From a virus (lineage: Duplodnaviria > Caudoviricetes): a stretch of 58,987 nucleotides of DNA. The stretch covers positions 1-58,987 of the IMG/VR virus record IMGVR_UViG_3300013126_000003; one strand, 5' to 3'. The position numbers and the translations under genes were made by a program. Shown in pieces: positions 26,151 to 34,120 of the stretch. Within the stretch, counting starts at the first letter, position 1. Each line of letters opens with the position of its first letter. The notes beneath the pieces are model-generated. The model ran no database searches and was not told the origin of the DNA. It saw only the letters and a program-made list of their open reading frames with translations.

Positions 26151-26400
26151 CTCGTGATGCACTCGTAATGTGCTCATGATGAGCGTGATGCGAGGGTGAT
26201 GCGGGCTATGCGCGAGCGATGTGCGCGTGTGTGCGCGCGGATCGCGTGGGTATCGGGCGACGTGGTGCGGTGCGTGGCCATGGGCTAGGGGAAAAACGCC
26301 AAAAATCCTCGGGCGCGCGGGCGATTTGCACACCCCCCTGCTTGTTACACATGCGTTTTCGGCGCGGGGGTGACCGTCGCAGAGCGGGGTATAGTCCCAA
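26151..26400. repeat. GC-rich non-coding region with phased degenerate GTGATG repeats (candidate packaging/terminus region)
   Basis: ATG cores at 26157, 26168, 26179, 26188, 26199, 26208 and 26219; lies between the divergent arms. Confidence 0.55.
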
Positions 26401-26422
26401 CACTACTATCATCTAAACTTCA

Positions 26423-26430
26423 TATCTTTG
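26423..26430 (+). promoter_or_regulatory. Bacteroidota -7 element, probably giving a leaderless mRNA
   Basis: TATCTTTG 4 nt before ATG 26435. Confidence 0.65.
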
Positions 26431-26434
26431 TCTC

Positions 26435-26632
26435 ATGAAAGGAAACATCTATCAACACGGCGGAGGTCTCCGCGTGGAAGGTGGTCGTTTGGTAAACGAT
26501 GCACCTTGTCCTGTAATGGGGCTACAAAGGATGGCAGAGGAACGCAAAAGCATGAAGAGAACTGAAAAGGTTTCTTCCATGGCTGAGGCGCATGTTTCTG
26601 CTAATGTTCAATCTAAACTTATGGGGCTATGA
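26435..26632 (+). CDS. Hypothetical protein, first gene of the plus arm
   Basis: 65 aa, GLRVEGGRLVND motif. Confidence 0.7.
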   Translation: MKGNIYQHGGGLRVEGGRLVNDAPCPVMGLQRMAEERKSMKRTEKVSSMAEAHVSANVQSKLMGL

Positions 26633-26793
26633 ACAAGGAACAAGTATTAGGTTTGGTTCGCCATACCTTAACCTTCTTTGGTGGTATCCTTTTGTCAAAA
26701 GGAATCATTAGTGAATCGCTCATGACCGACATGGTTGCGTCGATTTTGGTCCTTATCGGAGGTGTTTGGTCTATCGTGGCCAAATCAAAATAA
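26629..26793 (+). CDS. Small 2-TM putative holin (Pam3 gp28-like)
   Basis: Not in the ORF track; MNKEQVLGLVRHTLTFFGGILLSKG...ILVLIGGVWSIVAKSK (54 aa), ATGA-coupled. Confidence 0.7.
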   Translation: MNKEQVLGLVRHTLTFFGGILLSKGIISESLMTDMVASILVLIGGVWSIVAKSK

Positions 26794-26812
26794 CATCTCA
26801 CGTCTTAAAATT

Positions 26813-26846
26813 GAGGGAGCTATTTTCTAGTTACCCTCTTTTTTTT
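26813..26846 (+). terminator. Intrinsic terminator
   Basis: GAGGGAGCTA-TTTTC-TAGTTACCCTC followed by a T run. Confidence 0.7.
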
Positions 26847-26874
26847 GTATTGAAGTGTCAGTAATCGACATCTT

Positions 26875-27044
26875 AGTGTTAATTTTAGTGTCATCTTTTT
26901 TTTTATAACTTATTGATTATTAATATATTATTTTCTTAATGTCGAAAATGTCGAAAATAAAGAAGAAATATATAAGATAGAAATAATAAAAGGAGGGAAA
27001 TTATATATAGAGAGTATAGGAAAAAAAAACGACATATTCGACAT
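26875..27044. other. Origin-like AT-rich element, copy B
   Basis: ATGTCGAAA twice (26939, 26948), an A-rich core, then CGACAT twice (27030, 27039); same architecture as 13321-13480. Confidence 0.55.
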
Positions 27045-27152
27045 CTACCCACTTTAGGGGGTAGGATGACGGGTACTGTCCTCGATGTCCGACCCCTCAT
27101 TCATTAACCACATTTTGATGGCTTAGTGACTGAGTCTTCGGTCAAAAAAATA

Positions 27153-27184
27153 TTTGCATAGCTCTGCATGGTGGTATATATTTG
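27153..27184 (+). promoter_or_regulatory. Bacteroidota sigma-A promoter of groEL
   Basis: TTTG-N20-TATATTTG, 20 nt before the ATG. Confidence 0.8.
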
Positions 27185-27204
27185 CTCACACAAAATCAAA
27201 TTGA

Positions 27205-28812
27205 ATGGACTCAACACTTGGATATTCTCCGAAAGACCTTCGCTTCGATGCAGACGCGAGAGGTAAGTTAATCAAAGGTGTAGTAAAAATGTCTCGTGCT
27301 GTCAAGAGTACTTTGGGCCCTAGCGGGAACACGGTGCTAATTGAGTCGGCCGAGCACACCCATGGGCTGACCGTCACCAAGGATGGTGTTACGGTGGCCA
27401 AATCTATTTTTCTCATTGACCCGGTTGAGAACCTAGCGGTCCGTATGATGAAAGAGGCGGCAGATCGCACGGCGACTTCTGCAGGTGATGGTACCACTAC
27501 GGCAATTGTTCTTACTGAGGCGCTTGTGCTTGCGGGTAATGAGCTGATGAGTCCTGACTTGAATCGCACTGAGGTGCTTCGCTCTCTTGTGGAGCAGTCA
27601 AACGGTGTGGTGGACAAGCTCAAGAAGCATTCAAAGAAGTTATCCAACAAGATGCTTGTGGATGTGGCTACAATTTCAGCCAACAATGACAAGTCGGTTG
27701 GGAAAATTATCGCTGACGTGTACAAAGAAGTGGGCAAGAACGGTGTGGTGACGGTTGAGAAGAGTCAAACAAGCGAGACATACGCTGAGGTGACCAAGGG
27801 GATCAAGATTCCTAGAGGGTATTTGAGCAATTTGTTCGCCAATAATCAGCGAAGAGATGAGTGTGTGCTTGAGGACGTGGACATTTTGGTGGCTGACATT
27901 GAGATTTCAAACTTACTGCAGCTTGAGAACATCCTCAAACCAATTATTCAAGAAGGCCGGAAGCTATTTATCATTGCTCCGTGCAATGTGAACGTGGTCA
28001 ATACCCTTGCAGCTAACGTGATGAAGGGGAATTTGAAGGTGTGCGCGGTGCCTCCGCCTAATTTTGGGTACAAACAGCACGAGCTCATGCAAGATATCGC
28101 GGTGAGTGTGGGTGCAACCTACTTCAGCGAGAAGACCGGGGACGATTTGAGCCTCATTACATACGCGGACCTAGGGCATGCTACTAAAGTTATCGTCAAT
28201 AACGAGCAAGCGATCGTCATTCGTTCCAATGTCAAGTCTAATGATGAGAAAATTGCTGAGCGCGTGACCCAATTGTGGCAGTCACATGAGGAGGCGACCC
28301 GCAAAGCTGACAAAGATTTTATTTTAGAACGTATTGCTTCCCTAACAGGGGGCATCGGGGTGATATTTGCCGGTGGCAACACTGACCTTGAGCAAAAAGA
28401 GTTGTATGATCGCATTGATGACGCCGTGTGCGCGGTGCGTTCGGCCCTTGAGGAGGGTATATTGCCGGGTGGCGGCATGTCGCTCGCGTATATGGTGAAC
28501 GACAAGGCTGAGGACGGAATGAGCAAGGAGAAGATGGCTGCACGCAACATCTTAAACCTAGCCCTTGTGTCGCCAATGAACCAAATCATTGAGAACGCAG
28601 GGCTGTGCGCCAACAATTTATACAATGGCCGTGAGGAGTTTGGTGAGGGAGTCAATGTGAAGACCGGCGAGAAGGGTAATCTCATCCAAATGGGGGTGAT
28701 TGACCCGCTTAAGGTGACTCGATCGGCCCTTGAGAACGCAGTGAGTGTGGCCACAACAATTCTTAGTACTAATGCCGTGGTGACCATGGCTCGAACTTAT
28801 GATGCTCAGTAA
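27205..28812 (+). CDS. groEL: Phage chaperonin GroEL
   Basis: TLGPSG, TKDGVTVAK, AGDGTTTA, EEGILPGGG and GVIDPLKVTRSAL; lacks the GGM tail. Confidence 0.97.
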   Translation: MDSTLGYSPKDLRFDADARGKLIKGVVKMSRAVKSTLGPSGNTVLIESAEHTHGLTVTKDGVTVAKSIFLIDPVENLAVRMMKEAADRTATSAGDGTTTAIVLTEALVLAGNELMSPDLNRTEVLRSLVEQSNGVVDKLKKHSKKLSNKMLVDVATISANNDKSVGKIIADVYKEVGKNGVVTVEKSQTSETYAEVTKGIKIPRGYLSNLFANNQRRDECVLEDVDILVADIEISNLLQLENILKPIIQEGRKLFIIAPCNVNVVNTLAANVMKGNLKVCAVPPPNFGYKQHELMQDIAVSVGATYFSEKTGDDLSLITYADLGHATKVIVNNEQAIVIRSNVKSNDEKIAERVTQLWQSHEEATRKADKDFILERIASLTGGIGVIFAGGNTDLEQKELYDRIDDAVCAVRSALEEGILPGGGMSLAYMVNDKAEDGMSKEKMAARNILNLALVSPMNQIIENAGLCANNLYNGREEFGEGVNVKTGEKGNLIQMGVIDPLKVTRSALENAVSVATTILSTNAVVTMARTYDAQ

Positions 28813-28814
28813 TT

Positions 28815-29171
28815 ATGATCGACATTATACATGTGGCCAAGGCGTGCCACGAGGCGAACAAGGTGTACTGCGAGAGTCTTGGTGACTTTACGCAGGAGCA
28901 TTGGGAGAATGCACCCCAATGGCAGAAGGACAGCGCGGTGAGCGGGGTCAAGCACATCATTGACAACCCTGACGTTACCGCTGAGCAGATGCATGACAAT
29001 TGGATGGCTGAGAAGAAGGCTGACGGGTGGCGATTTGGGATAACCAAGGACGCATTTGCTAAGACACACCCCTGCCTCATCCCATATAACTTCCTTCCTA
29101 TTGAGCAACGGATGAAGGACACACTATTTATTTCAATCGCAAGATCATTCTACAATGAAGCCAATCGGTAA
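28815..29171 (+). CDS. RyR-domain-like phage protein
   Basis: AKACHEAN...HDNWMAEKKADGWRFG...KTHPCLIPYNFLPIEQRMKD. Confidence 0.8.
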   Translation: MIDIIHVAKACHEANKVYCESLGDFTQEHWENAPQWQKDSAVSGVKHIIDNPDVTAEQMHDNWMAEKKADGWRFGITKDAFAKTHPCLIPYNFLPIEQRMKDTLFISIARSFYNEANR

Positions 29172-29412
29172 GTATATCATCGTGACCAATCTCGAGGAGG
29201 AGGTCAAGACAGACGCAGGGCTAATCCTTTCAGGTGAGGACCTAAATCAATTCAGATACAAAAAGGGCGTGGTCGTTGAGCCGGGCACTGAGGTGACCAC
29301 TATTTTTAAGGACGACAAGATTTACTACGACAAGACGCACAGCTTTACAATGATGATTGGGGGAGGGCATTATACTGTTCTTCGCGAAGCCGACGTTGTT
29401 GTTGTCGAATAG
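29155..29412 (+). CDS. groES: Phage co-chaperonin GroES
   Basis: MKPIGKYII...KTDAGLIL...GVVVEPG...LREADVVVV. Confidence 0.9.
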   Translation: MKPIGKYIIVTNLEEEVKTDAGLILSGEDLNQFRYKKGVVVEPGTEVTTIFKDDKIYYDKTHSFTMMIGGGHYTVLREADVVVVE

Positions 29413-29836
29413 ACTCGTTTCTAATTTGTATCTGCTCAACGTGACGCTTGTCTACACGGCGTTGTGTCTTCTTGCGATACAAGGGTGAGTTCTGTTCTTG
29501 TATAAACCCACCCTCTAGTTGTTTGTACAATGCACTCACAAGTACTGAGCCTTTGCGTGATATCTGATAGCGCGCTGCGCGTGGACCCTTTGTCTTCTTA
29601 AAGATATCCACCCACCCATTCTCAACAAGTTTCTTAAGTCGTATTCGATTGAGCTTTAATGACCGGTCAAATGCCAAGAACGTCTTCATGGTGAAGTAGG
29701 GCTCGGAGTACAAGAAGATAATCATATCAAGATCGGAGCTCGTCAGGTTGTACTTCACCTTAGTGTAGTGATAGATGGTGCGCCAATACTTGAGGTAGTC
29801 ATGCTTTCTCTTCGGTGGTTTTTCTCTTGGGATCAT
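29345..29836 (-). CDS. Winged helix-turn-helix (MarR-like) putative regulator
   Basis: LTSSDLDMIIFLY...LKKLVENGWVDI...ARYQISRKG. Start set at ATG 29836, downstream of its promoter. Confidence 0.7.
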   Translation of the reverse strand: MIPREKPPKRKHDYLKYWRTIYHYTKVKYNLTSSDLDMIIFLYSEPYFTMKTFLAFDRSLKLNRIRLKKLVENGWVDIFKKTKGPRAARYQISRKGSVLVSALYKQLEGGFIQEQNSPLYRKKTQRRVDKRHVEQIQIRNESIRQQQRRLREEQYNALPQSSL

Positions 29837-29853
29837 CGTAAAGTAAATTTGAT

Positions 29854-29871
29854 TATATTTGTGCAAAGTTA
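29854..29871. promoter_or_regulatory. Overlapping divergent promoters
   Basis: Plus-strand TATATTTG at 29854-29861 and minus-strand TAACTTTG at 29871-29864. Confidence 0.7.
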
Positions 29872-29883
29872 ATCTACAAGATT

Positions 29884-30126
29884 GTGAACTCAAAAGAATC
29901 TCCAAAAGACAAACCCGAGGATATTGCATTCCGCAATAACGTCATCAATCGCCTATCAAACCTTGAGAGTACTTACAATACTCAAAGAGAAGAGAGGGTA
30001 AAAGCGGCTAAGGCTTCTAACATTCTCAAGAAGAATTTAGGCAAGGCAGCGAGAGAGATTGCCGGCCTTCAGTCTCTAGGTGGATTCAATTCAGGTCTAG
30101 GTAATCCCACAAAAATCATAAAGTAA
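29884..30126 (+). CDS. Hypothetical protein
   Basis: 80 aa, GTG start, downstream of a promoter. Confidence 0.55.
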   Translation: MNSKESPKDKPEDIAFRNNVINRLSNLESTYNTQREERVKAAKASNILKKNLGKAAREIAGLQSLGGFNSGLGNPTKIIK

Positions 30127-30329
30127 TGGCTAAGAAAAACACTCCAATCGAGGAACCCGAGGTTGACGAAACCGCAACAAATGGGTTAGAAGAATTAAAT
30201 GTTGAAGAGGCTGCTCCTGTGCATGCTCCCGCAGAAGACGGCGCAGAAGAACCTTCTGTCGACGAGGCTCCTGTTCAAGAGGTACATCCTCACCAAGTTG
30301 GACACGCAACACGCGCATATCGTGGCTGA
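30126..30329 (+). CDS. Acidic, probably disordered small protein
   Basis: 67 aa, TAATG-coupled. Confidence 0.65.
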   Translation: MAKKNTPIEEPEVDETATNGLEELNVEEAAPVHAPAEDGAEEPSVDEAPVQEVHPHQVGHATRAYRG

Positions 30330-30612
30330 TAAGTCCAAAATGAAATGCAATAGCCCACGTCCTTCTGACCGACCCGGCAAGAAGATGATGGTGAAAGCCT
30401 GCTCCGGAGGTGAAGAGAAACTTCTTCACTTCGGGGCCAAGGGCTATGGCAACAACTATTCTGCTGCAGCTCGCAAGAGTTTCAAAGCAAGACACAGTTG
30501 TGACACCGCAAATGATAAGTTGACCCCACGTTATTGGGCATGTAAGTATTTGTGGAAAGGACCGGGTGGCGCAACCACTCCAAATCCTTCAAACAGGAAA
30601 GGAAAATATTAG
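30322..30612 (+). CDS. Conserved basic viral protein (DUF5754-like)
   Basis: HFGAKGY...RKSFKARH...TPRYWACKYLW. Start moved to GTG 30322. Confidence 0.7.
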   Translation: MADKSKMKCNSPRPSDRPGKKMMVKACSGGEEKLLHFGAKGYGNNYSAAARKSFKARHSCDTANDKLTPRYWACKYLWKGPGGATTPNPSNRKGKY

Positions 30613-30620
30613 TATCTTTG
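30613..30620 (+). promoter_or_regulatory. Bacteroidota -7 element, probably leaderless
   Basis: TATCTTTG 4 nt before ATG 30625. Confidence 0.6.
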
Positions 30621-30624
30621 TTCT

Positions 30625-30786
30625 ATGAAATCTCAAAGCAGAGGTCTAGGAGACACTATTGAAAAGATCACCAAAGCTACCGGCATCAAGCAAGTTGTCG
30701 AGAAAGTAGCTGAGGCGGCGGGCACCGATTGTGGATGCTCTAAAAGAAAAGACACATTAAACAGGGTATTCCCCTACAAACAATAA
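30625..30786 (+). CDS. Small conserved phage protein (53 aa)
   Basis: Not in the ORF track; MKSQSRGLGDTIEKITKATGIK...DCGCSKRKDTLNRVFPYKQ. Confidence 0.75.
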   Translation: MKSQSRGLGDTIEKITKATGIKQVVEKVAEAAGTDCGCSKRKDTLNRVFPYKQ

Positions 30787-30789
30787 GAA

Positions 30790-31251
30790 ATGAGCGCACC
30801 AAGAATACAAGCCTCTCGAGCATTAGCTGTTCAACCTAATGACGATGTCAACATTCCTTACCCCAACGTGGTTGTCGGGGGATCTGTATCGGGAGTAACG
30901 CCTTATCAGTTAAAAGATATCAGCGTCGACTTTATTACATTAGGAATTAAAACAGGTGACACTGTTTGGAATGTGACAACAAGTGAATACGCTTATGTTA
31001 CAGGTGTTTTCACCAATTACCTAGAATTGTCGTTAGACATTTTTACTCTAGTTGGAACTCCATATGCTGTATACCAAGGTGTAAATTCCGGATGTATGCT
31101 TTACGTTGGGTCCTCCGGTGATATTTCGGTTGAAACATGTGATGGAGATCAAGTCACTTTTGCCGGCGTCAATGCAGGGCAGTTTTTACCCGTGCAAGTG
31201 GTGAAGGTTTTAACCGGAACAACCGCATCTAAGATATTAGCGTTGTGGTAA
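30790..31251 (+). CDS. Putative virion (head spike base-like) protein
   Basis: LYVGSSGDI...VTFAGVNAGQFLPVQVVKVLTGTTASKILALW. Confidence 0.7.
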   Translation: MSAPRIQASRALAVQPNDDVNIPYPNVVVGGSVSGVTPYQLKDISVDFITLGIKTGDTVWNVTTSEYAYVTGVFTNYLELSLDIFTLVGTPYAVYQGVNSGCMLYVGSSGDISVETCDGDQVTFAGVNAGQFLPVQVVKVLTGTTASKILALW

Positions 31252-31394
31252 GTGGGCTTCAAATATCAATAATCATTGGTATTGATGGGAGTATCCCATC
31301 TACAGGAGGAGCTATATCTCCTAAACAAATTGTTACACAATCAGGTGTTCCGATTATCACTCAAGGCGGAGCAACCATCATAATACAGGCTTAA
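31245..31394 (+). CDS. Possible small structural peptide (49 aa)
   Basis: GTG start; fills the gap exactly; IVTQSG/IITQGG repeat. Confidence 0.4.
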   Translation: MVSGLQISIIIGIDGSIPSTGGAISPKQIVTQSGVPIITQGGATIIIQA

Positions 31395-31396
31395 AA

Positions 31397-31894
31397 ATGT
31401 CGGTAAAATTTTCAGACTTTGCATCTAGTACTTTAACAAACAACATACAGATTGTTGGGTATGACCTAGTGGCTAACGCAAATGTGCAGTTACCTAAATC
31501 TGCATTAGATGCAGTTTATTCTCAAGGCAGTGCTCTTGCGGGAAACTTAAATGGAGGCACTGTTGGTGTTGGTGTAACGACTTATATAGGTTTTGGCGTT
31601 GGAACAACAAATACTGTTGAAGCACAGCGAAGAACAGTTGTAAGTAAAGGAACTATTACCGGATTTTATTTAAGAACATCAGGTGTAATGACAGGTGCTT
31701 TAGTTGCTACTGTTATGAAAAATGGTGTAGCAACAAGTATGTCTTTCACCGTCGCTGCAGGAAGTGCAGCCGCTTTATACGGCACTACTTCAAATCAATT
31801 TACTGTAGTAGATGGAGATGGGCTTTCAATTAGGCTTGCTCAAGCAACTGCTGTAAGTGTAGGAATTTACTCATTTGGAATAACTATAAGATAA
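31397..31894 (+). CDS. Putative fibre/spike protein
   Basis: MSVKFSDF start; Gly/Thr/Val-rich beta composition. Confidence 0.65.
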   Translation: MSVKFSDFASSTLTNNIQIVGYDLVANANVQLPKSALDAVYSQGSALAGNLNGGTVGVGVTTYIGFGVGTTNTVEAQRRTVVSKGTITGFYLRTSGVMTGALVATVMKNGVATSMSFTVAAGSAAALYGTTSNQFTVVDGDGLSIRLAQATAVSVGIYSFGITIR

Positions 31895-32094
31895 TGAGCT
31901 ACACCTACGAACCTATAGCTGACACTACATTGTACGAGCTTCGTACAGGTAACATCATTTTTGTACTTGATAGTGCCGAGACCGCATACGCAAAGATGCT
32001 TGCTGACTTTAATGATCCAAGCAATATTGAAACTTTCGTGGCCTTGTTAAACAACAACCCAAGTACTGCATTTGCAATTTATAATAACCTGTAA
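31894..32094 (+). CDS. Hypothetical protein (possible fibre chaperone)
   Basis: 66 aa, TAATG-coupled. Confidence 0.65.
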   Translation: MSYTYEPIADTTLYELRTGNIIFVLDSAETAYAKMLADFNDPSNIETFVALLNNNPSTAFAIYNNL

Positions 32095-32321
32095 TGAAAA
32101 CGGCGACAGAAGTGCAAGATACAATAGCAGGAGTGGGGGCTTATACCTCAATCGTTAGCGCAATAGCCGCAAAGGCAACAGAATTTCAGCCTATCATATC
32201 TGCCGTGTCAGGGCTTATAGCTATTATCACAGGGTTTTTTGCGATAGCGTATTACATGAAAAAAATCAACTCTACTAATGGCAAAGCAAACAACAACAAC
32301 TCAGAAGCTGACGAAGACTAA
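32094..32321 (+). CDS. Small membrane protein, holin candidate
   Basis: Hydrophobic helix followed by KK; upstream of the endolysin. Confidence 0.6.
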   Translation: MKTATEVQDTIAGVGAYTSIVSAIAAKATEFQPIISAVSGLIAIITGFFAIAYYMKKINSTNGKANNNNSEADED

Positions 32322-32412
32322 GGTCCGCAGAAAAGGCATTCACGCCAAGACTAAGCAAAGCCTAAACAAGTCAAGTAAGAACTACATTAAACTCACCCGA
32401 GGACAAGGGTAA
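32278..32412 (+). CDS. Small, highly basic protein (44 aa)
   Basis: Not in the ORF track; MAKQTTTTQKLTKTKVRRKGIHAK...KNYIKLTRGQG. Confidence 0.65.
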   Translation: MAKQTTTTQKLTKTKVRRKGIHAKTKQSLNKSSKNYIKLTRGQG

Positions 32413-32416
32413 TACT

Positions 32417-32935
32417 ATGACTGATAAAATTTCCCTAGACAGAATCGAACTACTTCATCCTGCAATCAAGGATAAGGTACGCAAAGCATTTCTTAATGCA
32501 GGAGAAAGACTCACCGGCCGGGCAACTCTTCGTCTAGCCTACACGTTACGCACGTTCAAAGAGCAAGACAATCTATTTGCACTTGGAAGAACGGTGATTA
32601 AAGACGCCAAAGGCAATAAGGTTCGTATTGTTACCAACTCAAAAGGCGGTCAGTCGTTCCATAACTACGGGCTTGCTTGGGACATCGTCCTAATCATTGA
32701 TGGTAAGGAGGCTTCTTGGGATACTCTCAAAGATTTTGATGGGGATCGCGTGGCAGATTGGATGGAGGTGGTAGATGAGTTCAAAAAGATTGGCGCCGAG
32801 TGGGGAGGCGATTGGAAAGGTTCGCTTGGCGATAAGCCTCATTTCCAATTTTCTTTCGGATACACTTGGAAGCAGTTGCTCGAGAAGCACAACAACGAGG
32901 ACTTCCTCCTTAATTCCACCTATGTAAAACTTTAA
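32417..32935 (+). CDS. Endolysin, M15 family (L-Ala-D-Glu peptidase-like)
   Basis: LRTFKEQ, VTNSKGGQSFHNYGLAWD, WGGDW and DKPHFQ. Confidence 0.9.
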   Translation: MTDKISLDRIELLHPAIKDKVRKAFLNAGERLTGRATLRLAYTLRTFKEQDNLFALGRTVIKDAKGNKVRIVTNSKGGQSFHNYGLAWDIVLIIDGKEASWDTLKDFDGDRVADWMEVVDEFKKIGAEWGGDWKGSLGDKPHFQFSFGYTWKQLLEKHNNEDFLLNSTYVKL

Positions 32936-32939
32936 TTGA

Positions 32940-33491
32940 ATGAAAAACATATTTGGCTTCGGTAAAAAGAAGCGCGCCAAAAAAGAAGCTGAGGCTCCTG
33001 TGGAGTCTGTTGCCGCTGAGGTGGCTCAGCAAGAAGAGCCTAAGAAGAAATTCAAGGACACGGCTGTCGGTCAGTTCATGAAAGATAAGGCGCCACAAGT
33101 GCTTGACGTTGTGGGCGACTTCCTCCCTAGTCAGGGAGTTTTGGGGATTGTAAAGAACCTCATCTCCAAAGACATGAGTATTTCAGAAGTTGACAAGGCG
33201 GAGATTTACAAACAGCTTGTGGATGCCTACGGGTCAGAGGTTGAGGATCGCGCATCGGCCCGCACTCGTCAAGTCGAGATGACTAAAGCGGGGAGTCACG
33301 ACTTCCTTTTCTACGTCACCGGTATTATCGGTCTCGGCGTGTTCGTGTTTATGGTTTACTCCATCACTTACGTGCAGGTCCCTGAGCGCAATGAGGACCT
33401 ATGGATACACTTAATCGGTATCTGTGAGGGTGTAGTACTCTCCATCTTCGGATACTTCTTTGGAAGCGCCATGAAGAAAAATGTGGAGTAG
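32940..33491 (+). CDS. Membrane protein, holin-like
   Basis: EVEDRASAR motif, two C-terminal TM helices ending YFFGSA. Confidence 0.65.
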   Translation: MKNIFGFGKKKRAKKEAEAPVESVAAEVAQQEEPKKKFKDTAVGQFMKDKAPQVLDVVGDFLPSQGVLGIVKNLISKDMSISEVDKAEIYKQLVDAYGSEVEDRASARTRQVEMTKAGSHDFLFYVTGIIGLGVFVFMVYSITYVQVPERNEDLWIHLIGICEGVVLSIFGYFFGSAMKKNVE

Positions 33492-33502
33492 GATTTTTGT
33501 CT

Positions 33503-33510
33503 TATATTTG
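33503..33510 (+). promoter_or_regulatory. Bacteroidota -7 element
   Basis: TATATTTG upstream of ATG 33535. Confidence 0.65.
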
Positions 33511-33534
33511 TAGAAATAATCAAATCAAAATACA

Positions 33535-33792
33535 ATGGCAGAAGCTACGGTTTTACTGAAAGAAGAGTTGGAGTTACTTCAACAATTAACTAGAGACTTT
33601 AACAACGCTAAATCTACCCTAGGTGATTTAGAATTGCGAAAGCATAATGTTCTCAAAGATATTGATGCAATTCGTCAAGTGTCTGCTGAGAACGAGAAGA
33701 AGCTAATAAGCAAATACGGTATTGACTCTGTCATCAATATTCAGACAGGAGAGATTACTAAAGATAAACAAGAGACAGATGGCGCCAAATAA
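33535..33792 (+). CDS. Coiled-coil hypothetical protein
   Basis: KYG...INIQTGEI C-terminus. Confidence 0.75.
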   Translation: MAEATVLLKEELELLQQLTRDFNNAKSTLGDLELRKHNVLKDIDAIRQVSAENEKKLISKYGIDSVINIQTGEITKDKQETDGAK

Positions 33793-34120
33793 GTTCATCG
33801 GAATGTTATTCCAATCGCGTGATGCAATGCACATTGCGCACCTTCAGACAACTTCGTATGCTGAGCACAAGGCTCTCAATGGATACTATGATGGTATCCT
33901 AGACCTTACAGACAAGTTTACAGAGGTGTTCTTTGGTCGCAACAAGCGAGTTGAGATTGTCATTCCGGAGTCTAAGAACTTAGATGCCGTTTCTCATCTT
34001 AAAGAAATGCAACAACTTGTTGATGGTGAAAGAGTTAATTACTCTTCTGAGCTTCAGAACATCATGGATGAGATGCTAGTATTGATCAATCAAACGCTTT
34101 ACCTTTTAACCTTGTCATAA
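33779..34120 (+). CDS. Ferritin/Dps-like four-helix protein (DUF5856-like)
   Basis: HIAHLQTTSYAEHKALNGYYD...DKFTE. Start moved to ATG 33779. Confidence 0.75.
   Translation: MAPNKFIGMLFQSRDAMHIAHLQTTSYAEHKALNGYYDGILDLTDKFTEVFFGRNKRVEIVIPESKNLDAVSHLKEMQQLVDGERVNYSSELQNIMDEMLVLINQTLYLLTLS

Noticed and set aside
26100-26416. Short ORFs on both strands of the GC-rich region
   Set aside because: Arg/Ala/Pro-rich translations that arise from high GC and repeats, with atypical codon usage.
28119-28787. Long antisense or alternate-frame ORFs (also 27186-27737, 22614-23174, 21063-21632 and many within the giant gene)
   Set aside because: They are shadows of well-supported genes, with no motifs or promoters.
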